Of a stretch of 64,000 nt of DNA, positions 50,780 through 62,830 are shown piece after piece. The notes beneath the pieces were generated by a model. It searched no databases and was not told the DNA's origin. It worked only from the letters and a program-made list of their open reading frames with translations. Source of the stretch: Lama glama (lineage: Eukaryota); the NCBI GenBank assembly GCA_028534125.1, contig CM052825.1:11532001-11596000 (forward strand). Direction: 5' to 3'. A program made the translations under genes and the position numbers. The stretch's first letter is position 1. The number at the start of each line of letters is the position of its first letter.

Positions 50780-51210
50780 CCATAATTGGTCTATCAACTG
50801 GTGAACGAATAACCAAAATGTGGTATACCCATAAGAGGGGATATTACTCAACAATCAAAAGGAATGGAAACATGCTACGACATGGATGAATCTCAAAAAC
50901 GTGAGGCTAAGTGAAAGATGCCAGTCACAAAGACCACATATTGTATGATTCCAGTCATGAGAAATGTCCACAATGGGCAAATCCATAGAAAGTAGATTCA
51001 TTGCTCAGGGCTGGGGCTGGATCCATGAAGAGCTGGGGGTATAAAGGCTAAAGGGCACAGAGTTTCTTTATGGGGTAGTAAAAATGTTGTAAAATTGATC
51101 ATGCTGATGGACACACAATTGTGTGAATATCTTAAAAGCCACTGTACACTTTAAGTGGGTGAGCTGTGTAATATGTGGATTATTATCTCAATAAAACCGT
51201 TAAAAAAACG
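50780..51210 (+). mobile_element. L1MB-type 3' UTR
   Basis: catgctacgacatggatgaatctcaaaaac...ccagtcacaaagaccacatattgtatgattcca...ctcaataaaacc. Confidence 0.88.
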
Positions 51211-51216
51211 ATGTCA

Positions 51217-51348
51217 GAGGGGAGGGTATAGCTAGTGGTTAGAGTGCATGCTTAGCATGCACGAGGGTTCAGTCCCCAGTGCCTCCATAACTATCTCAAC
51301 CTAATTACCTCCCCCCACCACACACACACACACACACACACACACCCC
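51217..51348 (+). mobile_element. Camelid tRNA-Ala-derived SINE (Vic-1/VICSINE type) with (CA)n tail
   Basis: ggggagggtatagctagtggttagagtgcatgcttagcatgcacgagggttcagtccccag: A/B-box-like elements and anticodon arm gcatgc-tta-gcatgc (AGC); tail cctaattacctcccc. TSD aaaaaacgatgtca / aaaaaagatgtca. Confidence 0.88.
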
Positions 51349-51479
51349 AAAAAAGATGTCAAATTTCACTCCAAATATGACTCATCAGTGAGCAAAAAGA
51401 AAAGGACCAGAAAGGCGCTGGAAGATAGACCCAACTGATGATGGATATCCACCCAGGCAGGAAGAGAGCACCAGGGACA

Positions 51480-51720
51480 TGAATAAGAGTCAGTACCTAT
51501 TAAACTCCCACTGTGTGCCATTCACTATGCTGGGCACCTTATCTGCATTGTCTCCTTTAATTCTGTAAGTTAGGTATTTTTATTCCTACGTAAAGATGAG
51601 AAAGCTGGAGCACAGATAGTTCCAGTCACTGGCCCAATAGCACCCAATTAGCAGGGGACAAAAGCCAGGGTTGAAACTCAAGTAGACCTGCTCCAAAATC
51701 CACACACTTGACCATTTCGC
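51480..51720 (-). mobile_element. MIR SINE
   Basis: cactgtgtgccattcactatgctgggc...taaagatgagaaagctggagcacaga...gggttgaaactcaag. Confidence 0.75.
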
Positions 51721-53599
51721 TTTGTCCATGGAGTTGGTGGGTATTGTTAAGAGTTTTTTTCTTTTCATTTTTGGCAAGAGAGGAGAATCTTTCCAAGTTC
51801 TTTAGCTGAATGAATTGCTTGTTTTCCTTAGTAATGAAAGTACTTAAATCTAGGAAATTACCTCTGGGTAATTTTTCAGTGAACTTTGGTCAGATGTCAT
51901 TTGCGCAGACCTCAATTTTTTATTGCCCAAATAATTTGTTTTTTCTATATTTGATTCCCTTTTGTTAGGTTTTCATTGTCACACAGTTTGCTTCTTTAGA
52001 CCGTGTTACATTATTCCCAGAGAATGTGGCCTGCGCAGTTTCTGCACTGAGGGATTTAATACATTTTCTTTGCGATCTAATGTATTATCAAGTTTTGTAA
52101 AAACACCAGAAAAGAAAAAAAGGTTCATTCTCCTCTCTTACAGCGGAGGTGCCAATGCTGCCCTGATACAGTAAGTAAGTTTTATTGTTTAAAGAACTTC
52201 AAAAAAGAAAATTCCAGTTTCTTCTTAAGTTATTTTCAAAATAGCAACGGCCTTCTCAATAATACGTTCTTAATGCAAGCAACACATGCAGAAGTTAGAA
52301 GAGGGAGAATATAGCCACGTGATTCAAAAGGCCAGAAGAACCCAGCAATTTGTAATCAGATATTTCAATGCTTGCAAGGCTTTTAACTTCAGCATGATAA
52401 ATGGCCATGAAAAGATATAAACCTTCTTGTAAAAGACTTGGCTTCCTCTGCTTTTTACATAATCAATTTGACATTTGAATTTTGGCAAAGGATTGCAGGT
52501 ACCTTGCTTTATTTATTACCTGAGATTAGATTAAAAAAAAATCGCTGTTATCAAACCATACCAGGCTTTTTCCTAAAATAATGTGCAATTTTTCAAGCAA
52601 AGATCACTGTGTCCTGACATCAACGTCTACAGAACAGGATTTCCAAGTAAATTATACATAGAAACCATTCTCCTCCCACCCCTCCAACCCTCTCCTCTCT
52701 TCCCTGCCCACTACACACCCCTCCCCTTAAAATAACCCACTCCCACCAATTTTGTCTCCACCAACTACTACATTTATAGCAGGGCAACAACCTAAAAAGA
52801 ACAAAGAAGTACAAAAAAAAAAAAATTCGCCATCACAATTGTGCCAGAGAAGAGCAGAAGGGTCCTCAGGCACCCAGTATGTCATTCTACATATTGTGCA
52901 GTCAGCACTGAAAGGCAGTTAGGCTCCCGAGGACCCCAGGTTTGCTTCTAGTCACCCTGGGCAGATTTTTATCACTGGGGACGGTCTAAGAAGTGCTATG
53001 ACCAGAGAAGGGTGTCCAGGCCATTGAGCCCTCACCAGTGACCTTTGTGCTCTCAGACACCCCATGGATGGGAGGAACTTTCTAGAACGTCTGGAGAATG
53101 AGGAGCAGGGGAGTAAATGTATAGTGTCTAACGCCCACTCTCTCAGCATCCTATGAAAAGCCAAACCCCCAAGAGAGGGCAGTTCAGCTCACCCTCAGCA
53201 ATGAAGCAGATGGTCAAACGACAGCCCACGTCTACCTGTGATCTCCCCACCCAACCCTCAACCAAATGGCTGGTTTGACATGAAGGTCCAGCTTCGTGGT
53301 ACCCCCAGCTCTGCCCATCAAAGACAGCCAGCTGGGAAAGTCAGCAGGATGCTTCCGCTGACCTGTACATACTACCTGCCTTTGGTCTTCCCATAATAGC
53401 AAACTGAGCTGCCAAGTAATGAATTTCCGGCCATGCAGGGCACTCTGCACCCAACTTCCCCTCTCCCTCCCCCTCCCTCCACATCCCATTGTCTTTCTTC
53501 ATGCATTCTGATGTTCAGGTGAATCAACTCAAAAAGAGCCAAATGACTATGAAATGTGGGGAGTGGAGGGAGTGGCAGAGACACAGTGACACCTCTCTG

Positions 53600-54030
53600 C
53601 AATAGTACGCTTGGGGACAATGGTGAAGAGCTCAGGTTCTGGAGTCGACTACCTTGAGTGAGAGCCAGCACCACCACCTACTTACCGGCTGTGCCACCAC
53701 GGGCAGGTACCTCAACCTCTCAGGGCCTCATTCCTGTCTGAATTGGAAATCCTGAGTGCCTATCTCATATTTTAAAACCTGTGAAGTACTCAGAACAGTG
53801 CTTGGCCAGAGTGCGCACTCAGGTTTCCAGCCCTTTACAAAGAGTCTCTCATATTATCTCATTTAATCATCACAATGCTTGGCGTCCCATCGTACAAATG
53901 AACAGACTACACAGAAGGCTCAGAGAAGCTGTGCACCTGGCCCAAAGCAACGGAGCAAGGAGGGGAAGAGCTGGGACTTGAACTGAGGGCTGACATCAGG
54001 TCTAGGGGCTCTTGATCACTCTACCTCCCT
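53600..54030. mobile_element. Two MIR SINEs, tail-to-tail (+ then -)
   Basis: + copy: ggcaggtacctcaacctctcagggcctca; - copy: attatctcatttaatcatcacaa...gaaggctcagagaagc...gagctgggacttgaac. Confidence 0.7.
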
Positions 54031-54499
54031 TCGTGGATAAAGTCCAACACATGGGGTCAAAGGGAACACCAACCCAGGTAGCGGTATACGGGTGACAGTG
54101 GTTGTTTTTCAGATGCTCTGTGGGTTTAAAATAAAACAGAACCAGACAGCAGAGAGACGACAAGATGTCACACGTCAAAGCAGCAGCTGTACTGGATGAA
54201 AGTAACTACACTTGAGACGTAGGTCGGAGTCTCCTACACCACACTTGACGGCAGCTTTCGAAGGAGAGCTGACTGCCCGTCACCCAACTGGACAGAAGTT
54301 TCGGCCCCAGAACAATCCACATACCCTGCTGGTTGGCAAGAACTCCATCTGGACAGACCTTGCTTTGAAATAAGTACGAGTAAAAACTGACAGGGAGGTC
54401 TGTGAAACTATTCCAGAACCACATCCCTGAGTCCTGGGGGAAGAGCATGCCTTAGAAGAGTTCAAGGACATGTGAAATTCATGAAACAGGAGCAAAAAA

Positions 54500-55220
54500 C
54501 TATAGCTAGGGAACAGCCTGAGAGAAAAAGAAAACAGGAGGAGATGAAAAGGGCTGTGAGTAATACAAGAACTGTAAGAAGTCAAAACGCATTTAAATCC
54601 ACATGGAAGTGAGGTGGGACGGATACTGTGGGAAAAATCAAATCGGGAATGTTAAGAATACACTTGAGGAGTTCTCCAAGAATGTAGAGGGAAAGGATAA
54701 AGAAATTAAACTAATGAGAGTGATAGAAATGGGAAAACCAATTTTAACATTCCAATAAAAAAGATAATTGATTTTTTGGAAGCATAGAACCGAACAAAAA
54801 CAACAAACTAATGAAAAAGGGAATAGAAAACATTTTTTCCTTGACCTTTAGAAAAATCATATTCTATGAAGAGAGAGCCTCACACGGACATATCCTAGGA
54901 AAAGATATTTTTAAAACATATTGGGAAATTAAAAACCATTCAAAGATTGGAATAAAAAATACTCAGAAGGGAACAAAAATCAGACTGATTCTAGCTTCTC
55001 TGCCATAGAAAGTTCTAGAACGCACTGAAACACCATCTAAAAGTTGAGAGGAAGGATTAAAGGTCCAAGGAGTGACCTAAGATTCTGAAGACACACTTGT
55101 GTAGTCTGACGTCTGTGAAGACAACACCCTTGGCTATTCCTGCTTTGAGAACATATACCACCAATGGCCATCTTTTTAAAAAATTGTCTTAAACTTACAT
55201 CCCCAAACGAGGAGGTCATG
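54500..55220 (+). mobile_element. Ancient L1 ORF1/HAL1-like relic
   Basis: A-rich; ttgaggagttctccaagaatgtagag; cggacatatcctagga; ggaacaaaaatcagactg. Confidence 0.5.
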
Positions 55221-55609
55221 CTAGGATGGAATAGGTGGGTTTTCCCTTAAATCGTTTAGTCCCCAAACTCCAGCATCCAGTGGGTTAAGGCTTGTGGGGA
55301 TGTTTCTGGGGACCCTGGGCCAAGCATCCCGGGATACTTCCCTAAGTGGTTCCCTTTCTCTGTTTGCTTCCTGGGGCCAGGGCCACATCCTGCACCCACA
55401 GTTCACACCACAAGCTTTCCCACCACTTTAAACAACAGCAGGTGCTTCTCTGCTCCACTCTAATCAGCAAAGGCTAAGTTATTCACACTGCTTGCTGCAC
55501 ACTGTGTAAGAATTAACACAAAGAGCTTTATTTCTCCTTCCCCCAAACAGAGCAACAAAAACAGTTTAAAAGGTGTTTTCATCACCAAACGACTTGAGGT
55601 CTGATTTTC

Positions 55610-57320
55610 TGTTTATTATTTAATAACTTTTTTTGGGGGGGTGGGGGGGATGCAGAAGTAATACATATCCAATGCCCCAAAGAAAAGACAAGCACCCATA
55701 ATCCTGATGCCCAAACAAAAACACTACTAACCCACATGGCATTCATCCTTGTCCCATGCATATATCTCTTATAAGAGTACTATTTCTCACATGAATGTAT
55801 TTAATTAACTATACACAGGTTGTAGCTTCCTTTGTTTACAAAGTATTAAATGATTTTTAAAATTCTCAATCAAAAAATTATTATTTTGAATGGCTGTACA
55901 ACATTCTATGCCATGAATAATGGACTCACAGTTGACTTAATCAATCCCTGATCTTTGGACATTAGAGGAATTATACTACACATTATAAGTATCACATTAT
56001 GTATATTACACTATGCAATGAGATAACTCAAATTTAGATTTGGAAGCAAACTTCCCCGAAATCAAATCCCTGTTCTACCATTTATTAGCCATGCAATGTT
56101 AGACAAATTAGTTCAACAATCTGTGCCTCTTTCTTCATAAGCTTAAGGGGGATTTATAACAGCACTTAACTCAGACTGAGTGGATGAAATGAATTAATAC
56201 ATGTAAAGGTTTTAGAACACTCACTGCAGCATGGTAAACAGAATATATTTAGGTTATTCTTTTTCCAGTTCTTTGCTACTATGTGGAATGAGCGTCCTTC
56301 TATATGTATCTTTTTTAAAACTTACACAATTATTTTTGATAAGGAATTGCTGGGTCCAGAGGGAATTCACTTTTAAACTTGTACACTTATTGTCTAATTT
56401 CACATCAAAAAGTTGTGCAATTTTATAATCCCACTCACAAAACAAAACAAAAAATGCCTATTTTCACACAACCTTGCCAACACTGGATATATATTCCAGC
56501 TTCCTCTCCTGCCCAACTCCAATCAGACAGCAAATAAAACTGACATTTTGTACTTCCATTGCCAATAAAGCTGACCATTTTTTCTGAAGGCTTATATGTC
56601 ATTTTGATTTTTTTTCTCCTTTTAAGCAAAACCTATTTGTGTTCTTTGCTTATTGTTTCTTAGGAGTATTTTTCTACTGACTGTCAAAAAAAAAACTTTA
56701 TATGTTAGGAACAAACATTTATATTCTATATTAGAAATATTTTATCCCCGTTTGTCATTAGCCTTAACTATTACAATGTTTTGGTTCTTTAATGCTTTAA
56801 ATTTTATAACATCAAATCTAATAAACTCTTCCTTTCTAATTAAGACATTGGGATTATAGTTGGAAAGGCATTCCCAAACCCAAGTTTGTATGTGTTTCAC
56901 CTACGTTGTCATCTCTGAGAGTTCTCTGTGATTGCATATTTTATATTTAACTCTTCATCCAAATCCAATTCATTTATGCATCAGCATAAGTGAAGAAACT
57001 ATCAATTTTCTTCCCAAATATTAACAAATTTTCCCAACCACTTTCATGGAATCATTTGCCATATACTAAACATGTAACCTTAAACACACCACTGGCTTCT
57101 CCTTTCCATTTTAGTGCCCTCCCCATCCTGACGCTAGCACCACTCTCTATTATTACAGTTTTAAAGTGAATTCTAATATCTGGAAGAGCAAGTGCTCACT
57201 CACCATTTTGTTTTTGTTTTGTAAAGGACTTAATTGGCTCTTCCCAGCAATTTATTCTCCAGATGAACTTCAGAATAATTCTGCCACATTCCCCAAAAAA
57301 AGCCCTGTGGGAATTTTGTT
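55610..57320 (-). mobile_element. Old L1ME-like fragments with a nested MIR (~56010-56240, +)
   Basis: ggaattgctgggtccagaggg; ccttgccaacactgga; cctatttgtgttctttgc; MIR motif ctgtgcctctttcttcata. Confidence 0.7.
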
Positions 57321-58097
57321 GTTGCTGTTAGATTCGAAACACAACAGCTGTCGTTCTCTTTGTTTTGGACTCTTCTTCGGAAACATCAATTATCCGTGTG
57401 TTGGACCTTTGCTGACTGCCTTCTGTACTCATAACTTCTCGAATAAGTTTTAATTTCTTGTCCTTGTCTTCTATGTTCTAGGGTTTTTCTCAAACCCATC
57501 TTATCACCAAATAGACTCACTGCAATATTAATTCTGCTCCTCACTGCTCCTAACACTACGTACAGCTTTGCCTCCAAGAGATTTGCTTCCTTGCGTTCTC
57601 TTCTAAATTCTGCCAAATGCATTTTCATCTTAGTCTGTTGCCTTATCATGTAAGCTTACTTTATATTTTGTCTCTTGTAGAGTCTCGGGTTTCGTGAGTT
57701 TCCTTATGACTAAAACAGATGTGGACTAAAATTTGTTTTTGAAGAAAAATCTTTTTTTAAATATGCCCTTTCTTTACTTCATGCAGGATATGTTTATCTC
57801 CATTCATGTTGCAGATTTGTTTATGTGTCCTATATTGAGGGCTGTTATTCCTGCTTATTCAGCCTTCACTGAGAATAGACTTACCCCATGATGATATTCT
57901 TCTCATCTGGCCCCCTGGAAGCTGGGAATCATGGTAAAGGACCAAGGTACTATATGTTTATAAGAAATAAACTAATCGTCTACCCAAATGCAGATCTGTT
58001 ATTAACCCCTCTAGATATCACTGTCTGTTGAAAAGCTGCTGAAACAATTCCTATACCATCTCTGTCAATATGCATGATAAAATACTAATTAAAACAT

Positions 58098-58105
58098 CAC
58101 ACACA

Positions 58106-58153
<48 letters not shown>
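58098..58153. repeat. (CA)7TA(CA)20 microsatellite
   Basis: Read directly from sequence. Confidence 0.97.
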
Positions 58154-58155
<2 letters not shown>

Positions 58156-58542
58156 GACTTTAAGGAACTACTCCAAATGCTGACAAGATCTGAACTTTGT
58201 ACCGTGACTAGCGAGGACTTACACAATCTGGTTGGTCCCTCTCTGGTTTCTTCTCCTCCACTCTCTCCCCAAATCCAGCCACCCTGAACCTCTGTCTTTC
58301 AGTCAAGCACAAACGTATTCCCACCTTTGAGTTCTGAGTTGAAAAGAATACTTTGCCCTTGGATCTTCCCAGGGCAGACAACTTCTTGCTTTTCCGGTCT
58401 TCCTTCTCATGTCCCTCCCTGCCTGACGATAATAACTGCCCCTTTCCTGTGTCTTTCCTATCTCACCAGCGTCTTTTCTTTTCTTTCCTTTTCAAATCTT
58501 TCTCCTTCTAGTTTTATTGATGTGTAATTGACATAGAACACT

Positions 58543-58659
58543 GGGGTGGGGTGGGGGGATTAGCTTTTACTTATTTTTTAAATGGGGGTATTGGAGATTG
58601 AATCCAGGACTTTGTGCTTGTTAAGCCCCCACTCTACCACTGAGCTATATCCTCCCTCC
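58543..58659 (-). mobile_element. Camelid tRNA-derived SINE (older, more diverged copy)
   Basis: Reverse complement reads ggagggaggatatagctcagtggtagagtgggggcttaacaagcacaaagtcctggattcaatctccaatacccc. Confidence 0.85.
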
Positions 58660-58757
58660 ACCGTTTTATTTTCTTGGTAGCATTTGCCAGTAGCTAAAAT
58701 CATCTTTGCTTATCCTTTATCATATATTTATATATCCTCTGTCAAAAAATATAAACC

Positions 58758-59135
58758 TGGTTCACAGCAGCATTATTTACAACCCCCAGGGTATGGAAAC
58801 AATCTAAGTGTCCATCAGCAGATGACTGGATAAAGAAGATGTGTTACATAGATACATAATGGAATACTACTCAACCATAAAAAAGAATGAAATAATGCTA
58901 TTTGCAGCAACATGGGTGGACTTGGAGGGCATTATGCTAAGTGAAATCAGTCAGGGAGAGAAAAACAAATATTGAATGGTATCACTTATATGTTGAATCT
59001 AAAAAATACAACAGACTAGAGAATAAAACAAAAAAGAAGCAGACTCACAGATGTAAAAGAACAAACTAGTGGTTATCAGCTAGGAGAGGGAAGAGGGGAG
59101 GGGCAGTATAGGAGTATGGGGAAACAAAAGATCAT
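58758..59135 (+). mobile_element. L1 (L1_Art-like) fragment
   Basis: gttcacagcagcattatttacaa...ctaagtgtccatcagcagatgactggataaagaagatgtg...agcagactcacagat. Confidence 0.88.
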
Positions 59136-59439
59136 AAAAATATATGCATATAAACTTGTAAGAGCAAGGATTTTCTCTGTCTTTTCATCACTGTAACTCC
59201 AGAATCTAGAACAGTTTTATGTAAGTAGCTGCTGCTACTTACATAAAACATGTAATACATGTTTGTTGAGTGAACAATGATTATACATGAGAAGTAGGAC
59301 CCTGGATTTATATTTCTCTTATTTTTCTTTATTTTTCATATTTTATAATGAATTATTTCTATAATATATTACCTTTATAGTTTTAAAAGTATATTTTAAA
59401 ACAAAAGAGTCTATGTAATTTTTAAATGTTCAATTGAAT

Positions 59440-60110
59440 TTCAAAGTTTTTAGCAGCAATCTTTTTACAAAATCTTTGTGGATTTTTCCAATACATAAAA
59501 GAAATAAAAGAAGTATTTCATTACTATCAATGACTTTAAAAATTCAGACTATAACCTTTGCTTCTTTAAAATCAACCAATAAAGCAACGAGGCTGTTTTA
59601 ATGAAAACTTAAACTTTAAATTGAAGAGTATGGATGAAAGTTTCTATTTAATGACAGCCTCAGCCGACATTCATTTATTTTAATTTAGCTGTTTAATATT
59701 GAGAAAAATCCTGATTCACGCAGATAGACAGTTGCAATGGTAAGAGTTTTTAGTAAGCCACTTGTTCTTATGATGTTCTTAAATTTAAAAAGGTATCTAA
59801 GAGAAGAGTTATTCTCAAGTTTATACAATCACAAGCTAACCAAGCTCCACAAAATTTCACATCAGTAGTTTCTAATAAATTTGGTTTATAATGCATTCGA
59901 TTGTGTTTTATTTTTGTTACAGCTCTAAATAGATCGAAATATATTTAAAATACTAACTGTGACCACAGCTCTTACACAAACCACTGAAACATGTCCATGG
60001 GAGGTGGCAGTTTCATAGAAAATATTTTTAAAATTAGGGGTGAGGGGATAACTCCTATCAGCAATTTTGTGAAAGTTAATATGCAAAGTCAAAAGAGTTG
60101 AAAAAGTTCA
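59440..60110 (-). mobile_element. hAT-Charlie transposase fossil (C-terminal dimerisation region)
   Basis: Minus strand 59746-59702 reads LLP/(frameshift)ATVYLRESGFFS, resembling the hAT motif LLPFATTYLCESGFS. AT-rich context; boundaries uncertain. Confidence 0.55.
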
Positions 60111-60699
60111 CCAATATGCTAACAGTGGTTCTGTCCAGGTGGTGATCTTGGAGCTCTTTAATTCTTTTTGCTTTTGTGTATTTTCCAGGGATTTCTGGAT
60201 GTATGTGTATTAATTTGTAATGGGAAAAAGAAAACTATCCATATATATATATGGATTTTAAAAAGCAGAAAGGAATGATTTCAGGTGGTACGTCCACACT
60301 GGTGAGAAGTGATGGATTACCGCCACTGTGAAGCATAGACAGAGTCTTACAAACTTCATAAAACAGCTTTAAAAGCTCTGCCATCTGAGTGCACTTCATA
60401 TGGGATCCAGATCATCACTGGTCGCGCTGTGAGGGCAAGTAACTGATGATGGCAGAAAGGACACGGAGGCATCAAAAAGGTCTCATTCACGATCCCTGTT
60501 TAAGGGATGCGGCACAGTGTAATATATTTTAGCTGGTTTTTCACTGAAAAATTTTTAGTGTTTTCTGGGACTCCCCAGTACCCCAAGGGTCCATGCAGCT
60601 GGGTGTCCCCTCAGTGCAGCACTGTCAGTGCTTGCCCTGGGCTGACGCGGTGTCACACAGAGCAGGACGGTCAGCGTCCCCGGCTCCTCCGAGCTCCGT

Positions 60700-60790
60700 A
60701 TATATATATATATAAACCAAATCACTTTGCTGTACACCTGAAACTACCACAATATTGTAAATCAACTATACTTCAATTAAAAACAAAAAG
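60700..60790 (+). mobile_element. L1_Art extreme 3' end
   Basis: aatcactttgctgtacacctgaaactaccacaatattgtaaatcaactatacttcaattaaaa. Confidence 0.88.
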
Positions 60791-61084
60791 CAAAGGGCGT
60801 GTGCAATATGGACAAATCTCACAAACAAAACGTTGAGTTAAAGCAGCCAGATACAGTAGACCATTTGTTTCCTTTTATATAAACTGCTAAAACAGGAGAA
60901 GCAAATACACTGTGCTAGGAGCGAGGGCTGTGGACCCTCCGGGAAGCTGAGGAGCTGAGAGGTATCCCCACCTGGGCTTCGAAATTCCGGTCATGTGCCC
61001 AACCATCCAGCCACCTATCCACCCACCCATCCTTCCTTCCATCCTTCCCTCCCTCTCTTCTGTCTTCTACATACCAATGGGTTT

Positions 61085-61330
61085 TTTTTAAAGTATATTC
61101 ACAGATACGTGCACATCCAGTAATCATCACAATCAACTTTACATTTTCATCACCTTGAAAAGAAACCCCATATCTTTTATCTATCACCCTCTCATCCCCA
61201 GCCCTAAGCAACCACCAATCTACCTTCTATCTATAGATTTGTCTATTCTGGACATTTCATATAAATGGAATCATACAATACGTGGCCTTTGGTGTCTGGA
61301 TTCTCTCATTTAGCATCATGTTTTCCAGGT
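61085..61330 (-). mobile_element. L1MB-type 3' UTR nested in an L1ME relic (~60800-61450)
   Basis: cccagccctaagcaaccaccaatctacc...ttctggacatttcatataaatggaatcatacaatacgtggcc. Confidence 0.85.
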
Positions 61331-61899
61331 TCGTGGTCTGTTTCTTGAACCAGATGTTGCTCATCCCACTTTGTGAAAATTCTCTGAGCCTGTGCACCAC
61401 GCTTTACGTGCTTTTCTGTGCATATAGGATACGTCAATAACAAATTCCAAATAATAACAATGAAACACAAAGTCCAAAGAGGGTGTTCCAGCAGTGACCA
61501 CCTGAGGCTCGCATTTCTGAAGATGTGGACTCTCCCCGATCCTCGTCCACCTTGGGGAGCCCCTTCCCGCCCCCTCACCACACGATTCCCCTTGTTTTCC
61601 TGAGAAGGATGATGGTATACAGTGAGGTTTGCTCACACTTACCCTCTGCCCTCTTCCCCTTTTGGTCCACCACCCCCACCTCCTGCCACGCTGACGAGGG
61701 CTCTCTGAGAAGGACTCCCTGCACGCTCCCCCTACCCCAGTAAGACTCCTCTTGTATGTAGTCTATCCCCTGGGAGTCTTACTGCAAGTGCAGAATAAAT
61801 TATTTTGTATTAAGATATTTTGTGCTGTCAGGGTCATCATTCTAGAATGAAAATGATTGTTACATCTCTAATTAAATCTTTCCAAAGGCACTCCGCTGC

Positions 61900-62830
61900 C
61901 AGCAAAATTAACTCAGGCTCCCAGGAGCCTAACCCTCCAGGCTGTCCCTGACCTGCCCCTTTCCCAGTTTCTCAGATCTCAGTCTGTGCACCTCTTTTCC
62001 TGCCCTATCCAGGCTCCAGACAAGGGGGCCCTTGCTCCCCAAATTCATGCTTCAGACAAGGAGAGGGTTGTGTGGTTCCCCAAGTCATTATGCTGTTCCA
62101 CACACCCCTGCTTTTGCTGAAGCTGTTCCTTCTGCCTAAAATGCCCTTCCCTGTTTCGTAAACAAACACCTACCAGTTTTTTGGTTTTTGGTTTTTTTGT
62201 GGCTCAGCCAAAACACCTCCTCCTGACTCCCTACAGCCAAGCTGACCAGCTCGTCAGCACAGGTCCATTTTGCCTGTTTCATCACCTACTGGAGCCTGTG
62301 TGGAACAGCATGTGCCCTGCCTCCTGACTTCGGGCGGGTTGACTTTATCCCTGAACCTCAGAGCGTCCATCAGTAAGATGATGATAACGACAGAAAAAAC
62401 TCCATCAGTCCTTCCAAGAATTAAACTAGACAACACACCTGAAGCATGAAAAGCAGTGCCCGGCACATCATAAATGTTCAACAAATGCTATTGTTACAAA
62501 ATCTCATTGGATGTGCTTGTTCGTATTTCTGTCCTGTGCTTCTAAACTGTGAGCTCCTGAGCGCCGTCTTACTCATCTAAAGTTGCCACTGATGATAAGC
62601 TACCCTGCAATGGTGTCAGGCCTGGGTTTGAATTTACATTCTGCTCCCCATTAGCTGGGCCAGTTTCCACGTCTCTAAAATGGAAATATAATGGCATTGT
62701 TAAGAGGATTCATGAAGACAAGGATAACATGCACTTGGCACATGCTCTAGCCCACATTAAAGGCACAATAAACTGCTTCATATATAATTTAAGACCTGAC
62801 TCATAACAGATGCTTGACAAATAAACTTTT
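61900..62830 (+). mobile_element. L2 and MIR fragments
   Basis: gctgttccttctgcctaaaatgcccttcc; aaactgtgagctcctgag; cctgggtttgaat...cagtttccacgtctctaaaatgg. Confidence 0.6.

Larger units (their letters stand above)
58190..59280 (+). mobile_element. L2 3' fragment split by a SINE and an L1
   Basis: acttacacaatctgg; ttttattttcttggtagcattt; agagcaaggattttctctgtcttttcatcactgtaactccagaatctagaacag; tttgttgagtgaa. Confidence 0.65.

Noticed and set aside
51217-51290. tRNA-Ala gene
   Set aside because: Degenerate arms, SINE-specific tail and TSD indicate a tRNA-derived SINE; the same applies to 58543-58659.
53600-54030. Inverted MIR pair as a dsRNA/ADAR substrate
   Set aside because: The copies are too diverged for me to see any extended complementarity.
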